Assembly (NCBI RefSeq): GCF_004010195.1
Contig: NC_057719.1
Location: forward strand, 67,477,048 to 67,541,047
Source of the DNA: Chiloscyllium plagiosum
Taxonomy: Eukaryota
Reading direction: 5' to 3'
DNA length: 64,000 nucleotides
Each line of letters starts with the position of its first letter. The stretch's first letter is position 1. Shown piece after piece: positions 51,686 through 61,847 of the stretch. The position numbers and the translations under genes are program-made. Below the pieces are notes generated by a model. The model made no database searches and was not told the origin of the DNA. It saw nothing but the letters and a program-made list of their open reading frames with translations.

Positions 51686-54360
51686 CTGCAAAGAAATATC
51701 AAATGGAAAGGATAATTAAGCCACAGAAATTAACAGAGATGAGTGAATTGCAATCAGTTAAAAACATTACACCGTTACACAAACTGGGGGTTCAGATTTC
51801 CTTGCAAGTGATTAACATTTGCTAATGCAGTTTATAAGATTCTCTGAATTCCTAATGTGCAAATCTTGCAATTTGCTCTCAGCCACTCATCATTGTGTGT
51901 ACACAACACCCCAGCATGAGTATGTAAGTAAAGATATACTCAGCCCCTTTAGTACGGAATAGTTTGAAACCCTGAATAAACTAAACAGTTCTTTAGACAG
52001 TATGGAAATACTGTGCAGTCCACCGCAGTTACATTTCTTGATATGATTCAAGGATATTGTCCAGTTTTTCTGGTATCAAGGCAAGGCATGCCAATCTTGG
52101 GGAATGGAACTCCTTCCATATTTAACCAATATTTACAAACAGTGTTATCTTATAGTGTAATTTCCATCAAAATGTTTTCATTTAAATATAAGATTTCAGT
52201 GCTAATAGTAATGGTTTGAAACATTCTGTAAATGGAGACAATTATGTAAAAGAAACAAAGAAGAACTAACTGTAAACATAACTTATTTTAATTTCACATA
52301 CCTCTGGAGAAAACTATTATAGCGAGAAAATAACAATTTTATCAACAAATAACCCTTTTTCAGAATAAAGCTCAAGCTTCACACCTGTTTTAGCTTTGCT
52401 ACCATTTGAATAAGGAGTACACATTTAAAATGGTTCTGTCAGCTGTATAATAAGTGTTCAAAGTCTACTCACTGCACTGAGAGCTCAGTCACATTTTAAA
52501 ATTAAGGGCTTAGGTATTTATGTATCCTGACCTCTGTCTGTGCTCCATTAGGGGCTCCTATTTATTCACCATTGTTTTTCTTTCAATCATCATTCTTTTC
52601 TTCCTGCTGTGTTTAAGAAGCCATGAGGGATGTAGCTCCATTCCTGTTGGCAAATCCTGTGTTATGATTTGACATACCGATTTGGTCTTATAACAGCAAC
52701 ACTTGCCTGCAAAGTGCCTGGAAAACAAGAATCAAACAGGTCAGCCAGCTTGGTCTATTACTTATAAAGCTCCAGAGCTGTCATCAGTGGGATGCTGATT
52801 TTAATGACAATCATCTTCATGCTGAAGTCAATTGATCAGATAGAACGTTAAATGCATTTTCCTTTACTACAAATTGTTTGAAGCAGCTGCTGCATGTACA
52901 AGGCATAGTTCATGCTAGAACATCCAAACCACCATGCATCATGCTTTAAGAGCAGAACACATTGATAAACAAACTAATTAGAAACATGTGAACATTTTCT
53001 GAATCAATATTCATATTAAAGGTCAGATTGCTACAAAATATTTCTGAATGCTGAAATGTGGTATTCCAATGTGAGATGATCAGTTGTTGTATGAGGTAAT
53101 GCTTCTCAAGGTGTTAATGCTCTTGCTGCACTGGCTCCATCCATTCTTCTGATGTCACACACATCCTTGGCTGGAAACAAGAAGCTCTCCTTCAAAACTG
53201 GAGTAAGCTTCCTAAGCTGTCAGCAATTATGTCCAGTCAAATGTAGTTTTACTTATTATGATCATACAATAAATTTTCTTATTACCCAAGAACAGCATCT
53301 TTTCTATGGGTACTCTATTCTAGTACATCCTCTAACACTACTCACTAGATCAGTCCAAAGCAATCCTGACTCAATACCACATATTGGTCGAAGTGGAAAA
53401 TACCATAAGATATTGGGAGGGCTCTTCTGGGAAAATACCACATGGCTGCAGTGCTGTGGATCTAACCCCTAACACGAGGAAGATAAGGCTCAGAAGAAAA
53501 GAAAAAAAACAAATTCAAGCAAGTATGTTAACTATTTTAAAAGCTACTTTAAGAAGACATAGACAGTGAGTCAGCAGCTCAAAGGTGCTGACAGTGTGTG
53601 AGAGAGAGAGATTTCAGAAGCCATTGAAGCTGCAGTAAATAATCCAAATTTCATAATCCAAAGGCAAACTTCATTCAGAATCTGAAGAGTGCTGCAGCAA
53701 GAATATAGGCTAGAAGTACAGAGAAAAGCCAGCTACACATAGAAACCAAAGAGGTTTGAGCAAAGCAGGTTCTGTAAAGAGCAAATGAAGGCTCCAGAGT
53801 TCCCTAAGAGAAAAGGGAAGAAATAATGAAAAGCAGCACAAAGATCAGAGAAAGAAGACAAAAGAGTATAACCTAACGACCTGTCACAATGAGCATCACC
53901 ACTGTTGTCATTAGGCTTCACAAGGTGTAGGGACAGAAGGGGAAGGGACAGAAAATAAATATAGACCGGGGCTACAGAACCAGGAAGGCGTCAGAATTTA
54001 TTTAAGCTGGGAATTATACAATTTAAAGAAATCTGTAAAAGAACCCGACAGTAGAAGAAACATCAGGAAAAATGATGGAGTAAAGATGACTGGGATCCAG
54101 TAATTAAAACACAATTTTAATGAGAAAATTCATAAAGTCAATTACCAGTAAGACTTCCTTGAAAAAATTGTTTAGAAGAAAGTGTTTGGTATTTCCGATC
54201 ATGAAAGGTGGTAAAACGTCTATTTTACCCTGGAAGAAACAGGATGTGTCCATCTTGGCTGAGGAAGGCAGGAAAATCCGAGATGAATTTGGTAGCGACC
54301 ATTTTGATCATTAGATGTTCTTATTACCGTGCTAACACTAACCCATGCTGTCTAGAATGC

Positions 54361-54671
54361 TGGGTGGCATGGTGGCTCAGTGGACCAGGATTCAATTCTA
54401 CCTGCAGGTGATGTAGAGTTTGCACATTCTCCCTATGTCTGCGTGTGTTTCCTTCAGGGGCTGCATTTCCTCCCACAGTCCAAAGTTGTGCAGGTTTGGT
54501 GGAATGGCCATGCTAAATTGCTCATAGTGTCCAGGGATGCAGAGGCCAGCCATGGGAAATGCAGGGTTACAGGAATAGGGTAGGGGAGTGGGTTGAGATG
54601 GGATGCTGTTCAGAGGGTCAGTGTGGTCAATGGGCTGAACAGCCCACTTCCACACTGTAGGGATTCTATGA
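54361..54671 (+). mobile_element. HE1/V-type SINE inserted inside the fold-back element
   Basis: gggtggcatggtggctcagtgg, ggattcaattc, gagtttgcacattctccctatgtctgcgtg, tail cacactgtagggattctatga. Confidence 0.9.
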
Positions 54672-55001
54672 CTAAACACATGTCAAAAGGACCCTCACAC
54701 CTGCTGCCAGAATAAATTATTTAATCGTTTAAAACTCTTTTCATAAGTGTGTCATAGAGCGCTGTAGTTAATCCTCCTGAATTTTAACTAAAACCTGATG
54801 AGGAAGTGAAATGCATACTGGACTGATGCTAGGTAGCATAAAACAGTCTACCTTGTTCAACAGAACAGGGACTCAGACTTCAAAAAGTATTGAACTGAAA
54901 GAATAATTAAACCAAAGAAAATAAAAGTGATGATCACTGGGTAGCTGAAAGCAAAGACAAAGGAGAATTGGTGGCAACGATCTACCTCAAACAACCCGAC
55001 C

Positions 55002-55055
55002 CAGTACCATGTACTGGTAGAGCTGGCACAGTACCATGTACTCATAGAGCTGGCA
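55002..55055 (+). repeat. 27-bp tandem duplication
   Basis: cagtaccatgtactggtagagctggca / cagtaccatgtactcatagagctggca. Confidence 0.9.
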
Positions 55056-55499
55056 CAAGGTACCAGCAGTCATCATCTGCTTCAGCCATGGAGTATATGG
55101 GTAGTTGACTTTATAAATCGTCTCACTAAAATTGTGATTTAATTACTGAATCCCAGTCCTCTTTAATCCAAAGTTTTTCCTGACTTTTCTTCTATTGCCA
55201 GGCTCATTTACTAGATTTCTTTGAATTGTATCATTCCCAGCCTAAATAAATTCTGAAGCCTTCCTGGTTCTGTAGCCCCGGTTTATATTTATTTTCTGTC
55301 GCTTAACCTTCTGTCCCTACACCTTGTGAAGCCTAATGACAACAGTGGTGATGCTTATTATGATTTCCAGCATTTTTTGTTTTCAGTATCATCTACTTCA
55401 GACTCTGATTATATGGAAATCATTCCATTGTCAACTGATGAACATTGCACAAGAGTGCCACAGGTTGACTCATGCACTGTTTTACCTTATTCTGTATGC

Positions 55500-55860
55500 A
55501 AAGGTGAGCACATCATCTAGGTTGCATTTCAGTGCAGGACTAAGGTAATCCTTCCTGATCTGAGATCCAACCTGTCAGATGTGTGGTAAAACTGAGTGTC
55601 TGTCTTCCTTATAGATATAATATTTCATGTTGCAGTATTTCAAGAAGAGCAGAGGGTACTGTTGATATCCTAGCTAACATTTATACCTTAATCAACACCA
55701 GTAAATTTTGCTGAGGTATAAATGTGGCACCAAGCTGTGTGATAAATTATCTGATACATATAATGACATTAAAACCACGGCTGAATTTCAAGACTGAAGT
55801 GCTTTGGGGTGAACTGAGAATCTGAAAGGTGATACAATACTGCAAGTTTATTCTTTTGCA
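55500..55860 (+). mobile_element. Degraded Deu-type (SacSINE-like) SINE
   Basis: gcagtatttcaagaagagcagaggg...tcctagctaacatttataccttaatcaacacc and tail gtgctttgggg...tgaaaggtg...tgcaagtttattcttt. Confidence 0.5.
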
Positions 55861-56759
55861 TTATATTACAAGAAATTACATTTAACATGTTGCTCCATCA
55901 ATCCATATCAAGCTATTTGCTTCAAATCAAACTTATCATTTAATTTTTTTTATCTATTGAACAACTAGTCTTACAGCAGATAATATTAGTATTTCTAAAT
56001 ATGCACATGTTCACATAAAGTTTGCAGATAACTTCCTTGGTTCTCTCAATAAAGATGGATGGATGAGAACAACTGCCAAAAACTGAAGTTGAAACATTGC
56101 TATATTATTAAATGTAAGATTTTGATCAGAAAAATAGTGTTCAGATGTAATACTAAATTTCATTGATAATCACACAACTAATGTGATGTTATAAGTTGCT
56201 AATGTCAGACCCCTTTCTTCAGTATTACTTGAGTGAATCATTAATATACACAATGTTAGACTTAGGAAGTGGCTGATTTACTGAGGGTTTACTACATATT
56301 GCATTGATAGTGGAATGTCTGTGAGGCTTACAAGACATTGGAGCACTTAATTCTTTTATATAGACCAATGGATGACAGAAGATTGTGAAGGATTGTGGAA
56401 TCAACAGGCTAAATTTAACAGATCCCAAAAGCAGACTTGGAGATTGTAACGTGTGATTAACCCTTGTACATTCAGTTTGGTACAGGCAGTTATTAACTGC
56501 ACGCTGCCTGACAATTAACATGATTCCAGCTATGCAAACTGGTTCCACAATTTGGTTGGAGCAGGTATCATTCTACAACTGAATATGAGGAAGAAGGGTC
56601 TTCAGTTTTTTTGGGCATTGGTTGGGGGACTTGGTGGAGATGATATAAAGGAGGAAAGATTTCCTGTATCAACAGGGGCCAGGAGATCTTTAAACACTCA
56701 CACAAGCAGTGAGAGTAAATCACACCAGAAGTCAATACAAGCAGTGTGGAAAAATGGAG

Positions 56760-57150
56760 TCAATATGCATCAAGGGAGAAACTGTCTGCTGATTGGAGTC
56801 ATACCTAACCCAAAGGAAGATGATTGTGGTTGTTGGAGCTCAGTCATCTCAGTTTCAGGACATCTCTGCATGAGTTACTTCAGGTAGTGTCCTAGGCCCA
56901 ACCATCTTTAACTGTTTCATCAATTACCTTCCCGCCATCATACATTCAGAAGTGCGTATATTCAACAATGATTGTGGAATGTTCAGCACCATTCATGACT
57001 CCTCAGATACTGAAGAAACCCATGTTCAAATGCAATAAGACCTGGGTAGTATCCAGATTTGGGTTAAAACATGGCAGATAACAATTGTGCCACACAAATG
57101 CTAGAGCATCTCTTACAAAAACAATCTGATCATCATATTTTGATATTCAG
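56760..57150 (+). mobile_element. LINE RT fragment (family of 43300-44850)
   Basis: GSVLGPTIFNCFINYLP...IFNND, i.e. decayed PQGSVLGP and F/YADD motifs. Confidence 0.8.
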
Positions 57151-57745
57151 TGGAATAAGAGATAGATTTGGTTTGCAAGTTTGGTTTGGAACCTTTATAT
57201 AATAGTGGCACTGTGGCTGAGCCTGTCCCACACAGTAAGGAAAGAGAAGGTGTGGTACAGGTTAATGATTGTGAAATTGGAGTCATAGTTACAGGTATCA
57301 AATGCTGAAGTTACAGACAGTTCAGGCAGAATGAGACTGTCTTGATTACTTCCCTCGTTCCTTTTTGTCGGACTCTTCATGCTCCTGTTCCTCAGTGGCA
57401 TGCTGTACAGCTGGCAGATCATGACTATTTTCGATACCTGCTCTGCAGGAGTGGACCAGTAATGTTTTCAGAACACATTCTATTTCCTGTGACTGAATGG
57501 CTTTTATTATATTCATGCTGCTCAATTATGACTGCGTTATGGACCAGAATCATTAGTCATGGTGCCAATGAATAGCCCTCATCATTCAGTAGACACCCGT
57601 CAAATTGCTGTCAATACCATAGTAGACTTGCACAGAAGAAAGGCATCATGACTGCTAGCATTATGCTGTGATGTGGAGGTGCCGGTGTTGGATTGGGATG
57701 GACAAAGTTAAAAATCATGCAACACCAGGTTATAGTTCAACAGGA

Positions 57746-57934
57746 GATGGAAATGTGTTGCTGGAGAAGCGCAGCAGGTCAGGCAGCATCTAGGGAACAG
57801 GAGAATCGACGTTTCGGGCATTAGCCCTTCTTCAGGATTCTCCTGCTCCCTAGATGCTGCCTGACCTTCTGCGCTTCTCCAGCAACACATTTCCATCTCT
57901 GATCTCCAGCATCTGCAGACCTCATTTTCTCTTC
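57746..57934 (+). mobile_element. Nested miniature fold-back PLE terminal repeat with 15-bp TSD
   Basis: Arms about 57744-57807 and 57836-57899; tatagttcaacagga at 57731-57745 and 57935-57949. Confidence 0.9.
57800..57843 (-). ncRNA. Minimal type I hammerhead ribozyme motif
   Basis: Minus strand GGAGAATC-CTGAAGA-A-GGGC TAAT GCCC-GAAAC-GTC-GATTCTCC. Confidence 0.75.
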
Positions 57935-58339
57935 TATAGTTCAACAGGACTATAACCTGGTGTTGCGTGATTTTTAACATTATGCTGGACATGGTGCAGC
58001 AATGATTTTCTGCTCATTGTCACATAACAGATATATGCCAAGCCAGAGGAAGTCACTTTTGATTACCATGTATGGAAGAACTGACATGCACTCTGCACAG
58101 TGGGGAAGCTTAAAGTTTTTGTAAATGTATCGGCTCACTCTCCATTGCTGCTCTCTGACAAGACAGAATTAAACCTAATTAATTACCAAAAAATGGACTG
58201 AGTCAGTGATCTCCCTTATGCAACTACAGAAAGGAAACTGTCACCTGTTGGGAAAATACCTCTGCTTCCCATTAAGAAGGAGAAGGAAACATTGTTGTTC
58301 TTGAACATTGTCAGCTTCACAGTGATTGGCAATGAAGTT

Positions 58340-58553
58340 GAGATTAGATTAGATTAGATTAGATTATTTACAGTGTGGAAACAGGCCCTTCGGCCCAACA
58401 AGTCAACACCGACCCGCCGAAGCGTAACCCACCCAGACCCATTCCCCTACACCTAATACTACGGGCAATTTAGCATGGCCAATTCACCTAACCTGCACAT
58501 TTTTGGATTGTGGGAGGAAACCGGAGCACCCGGAGGAATACCACACAGACACG
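58340..58553 (-). mobile_element. Young 5'-truncated HE1/V-type SINE with (AATCT)n tail
   Basis: V-domain-like cctccgggtgctccggtttcctcccacaatcc on minus strand; agattagattagatt tail; CpGs retained. Confidence 0.9.
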
Positions 58554-59923
58554 TTCTTCCCTGCTCTGAAGTTGCAGTTACAAAAAGTAATCACTTTCAC
58601 TGAAGACATCATTATGGAAACACAGACACCTTGCACACACTATTCCTCACTGAGTTTCAGGTAGCAGAATTGCTCCATTCACAAAACTGGGTGGCTATGA
58701 CTTTGTATCGAGACTCCATCCCTTCCTTTTCCCCCTCCTTTCTCTTCCTGCATTTTGTCCTGTTGTATGTGTCTTTTGCTCAGTCTCTCAGTCATGTTTT
58801 ATTTCAAGTGGAAAGTCTATGATGACAGCCATCACTGGGAGCAACTAGTTTATCCATAAGCCTGAAGTCAGCAAAACATTCTTCAGCATCTTCCACATCA
58901 CTCCTTTTCGACCTTTGCAACTTTAAACTATAGGAAGCACCAATCATTTATAAAATCCTAGCACCAGCCAGAAGAAATAAATTAGCAACTAACCCATAAT
59001 CAGTTACAGATTCCAGTTAAGTCGTACTGAGGATGGTGAGTGTTGGTTCCTGCTTCCGACTGTGGAACACATGCTCATCCAGGCTGATTGTAAGACGTAG
59101 CTAGTATCAAATTAGTCTTGCACGCCGATTAATATCCTCTGCACACTTCCAGTGGGCATTCACTGAGTGTCTGCCAATGCCCTTGCCCATATTGTGTCCA
59201 TATAACTTAACACAGATGTATGATCTGAGGGGCACTCTGGATGTCATTTAGACCTCAATTGGCATGCTTAGCATACAAGCAACAGGTATTATACAGTGTG
59301 TACTTATGGAGATAACAACAAAATCAGTGAATTGGTTAGCATATCTCTCATGTTTGACCAAATGCCCTTCTGATATCTAAACAGAGTTAAACTACAAGTG
59401 CATTTGTCTCACAATCTCGTGGCCAAGTCATTTACTTTTGTGCAGAATTTAAGTCATGTCAGAAATGGAAATGGAAATTTCCGATGTGACTTTCCATGCT
59501 GGGTTCACAGAAGTAATGCATTGCATTAGAAAGTAATGGCAAGACAAAGGCTATTACAATCTGCCCATTGTTTCCAAGTCAGTGACTTTGGAAATCAATG
59601 TTTTATACTCAGGAACATTCGAAATCAGGAGTACACAACTAATCAAAACTGGGTAGTAAGACTGAGGCCACACTCCTGCAAAATTAGCTTTTTTGTTGAG
59701 ATTTTGACAATGTATTGGGACAATATTGGCACTATAACCTATCAAGCTGATTTTTTTTTTCACCTTCACATTTATTCTTCATAGATCAGTTTCCACAGAG
59801 ATTTAATGATCTAAAAAGGGTTTTGAGTCTCCTGTCCTCTCACATTTTTATTATGTAAGTGCTAAATATCACATATTTGCTCACCCTCATGAGACATTAT
59901 TTTGACGGAATTATAAAATATTG

Positions 59924-60268
59924 AAGTATAAACATCCAGAGTGTGGGAAGTGCTTTAAAAGTTCCCCGGAAGTGATGTCCCATCAATGTGTTCACACTGA
60001 TGAGAAACCATTCATGTGCTCTCACTGTGGGAGTGGATTCAGAACATCATCTGACCTTACTGTACATCGGAGTATTCATATTGGAGAGAGGCCATTCACC
60101 TGCTCCCTGTGTGGGAAGGGATTCATGCAGTCATCCAGCCTGATGTCACACAAGCGAATTCACACTGGGGAGCGACCGTTCACCTTCACCTTCTCTGAGT
60201 GTGGAAAGAAGTTCACTTGGTCATCTTGTCTTCTGAAACACCAGCGTGCTCACAAGCCACTCCAATGA
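59924..60268 (+). pseudogene. Tandem C2H2 zinc-finger fragment (4 fingers, 2 intact)
   Basis: CxxC...HxxxH fingers with TDEKPF, IGERPF and TGERPF linkers; fingers 1 and 4 lack the first Cys; ttcacc duplication at 60179-60190; no ATG. Confidence 0.85.
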
Positions 60269-60459
60269 TGGGTTTTGCAGGTAATCGCATCCAGTCCAAA
60301 AATATGTTCATTGGAGTCTGTTTCTGTGAAGATTCACAAAATTCATCCCAACTAATAATCTTGGCAAAGCCTAGTAAATCAGCTTTGAATTAAATTTATT
60401 GTGTTGAGTCTTTATAATTGCTCACAATATTATCACAGGTTGGTTCCTTGTGAAGAGCT

Positions 60460-60600
60460 CTGTTTCCCCTGTCTTCTCCATCCTCACCTCCAACAACAAG
60501 TGTGAAGAGCTTGTGGAGCTACTCTGTCACTAAGATTGAGAAAATACAATCGGCTGCCTCTGCTGCATGCCTCCCTTCCAATGGACCACCTTTGACCTTA
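60460..60600 (+). mobile_element. Possible L2-type LINE ORF2 fragment
   Basis: LTSNNKCEEL...VTKIEKIQSA resembles the L2 segment upstream of the RT. Confidence 0.45.
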
Positions 60601-60884
60601 TGCAAACTCATGGAGGAAGAAGCATCTCACTTTCTGGCATTTGACTGGAGGTCTCTGAGCCCATCTGTTAGACCTCCTCTCAGTTTGTGTCAAATTGTTA
60701 CTTTGAACCAATCCAAAAGCTGTTGCTAAGACATTTCTTTAGTTTCTACCCAAAGACAGCTGGTGCTAGCATGCCTTGAAAGAACATGTCAAACTCCAGC
60801 TTTTAAAACAATTAGTTGCCATTATGTAACCTCAGTAAGGGTCCAATTCTGCTTTCTCTTCAAGTTGTAGTGGTTCGTCCTCTA

Positions 60885-61098
60885 CAAGTAATGAGAGATC
60901 CTTTAAATGCCCAGACTTTGGGAAGTGCTATGAAAGTTCTGGATACCTAATCAGCGTGTTCTCACTGAGAGACAATTAATTTGCTGTTGCTTTTGCTATA
61001 GGACTGGGTTCAAGCAATCATCTGACCTCACTGTACATCAGCACACTCATTCTGAGGAGAGGCAGTTTCCTTCTGTGTTTGGGAAGAGATTCAATCAG
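60885..61098 (+). pseudogene. Second, more decayed copy of the zinc-finger cassette
   Basis: ERSFKCPDFGKCYESSG...QRV...TGFKQSSDLTVHQHTHSEERQF...GKRFNQ, with frameshifts. Confidence 0.75.
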
Positions 61099-61104
61099 AT
61101 AGTC

Positions 61105-61282
61105 CAAATATGTGCAGGTAGGTGAATTGGCTATGCTGTAGTGTTCAGGGATGTGTAGGTTAGGTGCATTATAGGTTAAATATAGGGTAGGGAGAATGTT
61201 CTGGGTGGGTTACTGTTTGGAGGGTCGGTGTTGACCTGTTGGGCTGAATGGCCTGTTTCCACACTGTAGGGATTCTATGATT
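61105..61282 (+). mobile_element. 5'-truncated HE1/V-type SINE
   Basis: atgtgcaggtaggtgaattggctatgct...ggcctgtttccacactgtagggattctatgatt. Confidence 0.85.
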
Positions 61283-61847
61283 CTTTGCAAATACTTACAA
61301 TTCGAAACAGAGAAAGGTCAGTGACCTTGGTTAGAAATGCCTGTCAGCATCAGCTGGTCACAGAATCTTAAGCTTCATATCTCCAAAATACATGGCTTTA
61401 GATTTGCTGGGGAATGTGGCATTCCGTACACTTAAAAGAACATTTCTCATTCCAATACATCTTAGAGAATGCTGATGTAATGTCTGTGTAAGGAGCTCGT
61501 GAACTTTCTTTTAAACTAAGATTAAGACTACCCATCCAACTATCTTTGCCACTTTCCTACACTATTCTAGTCCTGAACATGTAACTTCCTATACTTTGTC
61601 TCTTAACATCGCATCCCTTATGCCCCTCAGAGCTCAACTATGTGACCATAGAACTGCACAGAAGACTATCAGTACTAAAGTGCTGAAGAACTTACTTGTC
61701 TCCCATGTTATTTTATATTATTGATAGTTCTTTCTTCTCAGGTACCAACCCCCTTTTTACAATTCTATAATTTCACTAATTTCTGAAGACCACCAAACAT
61801 TGCAAGAACAGAATGAGTCAAATTGTTGCTCAATCTCCAACTTCCTT

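Larger units (their letters stand above)
53884..55363. mobile_element. Fold-back / non-autonomous TIR-like element with ~260-bp inverted arms
   Basis: 53884-54146 is the reverse complement of 55100-55363; both give MKPNDNSGDA in the ORF track on opposite strands. Confidence 0.8.
57669..57977 (-). mobile_element. Miniature fold-back element (family of 4373-4493) with 10-bp TSD, hosting a nested insertion
   Basis: Arms gttaaaaatcatgcaacaccaggttatagt / actataacctggtgttgcgtgatttttaac; cattatgctg at 57659-57668 and 57978-57987. Confidence 0.85.

Noticed and set aside
54795..54815. ctgatgaggaagtgaaat resembling a hammerhead core
   Set aside because: No stem II or stem I pairing, and the paralogous copy near 51605 lacks it
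55002..55070. Palindrome-containing 27-bp repeats resembling a CRISPR array
   Set aside because: Only two adjacent units, no spacers, no cas genes, eukaryotic context
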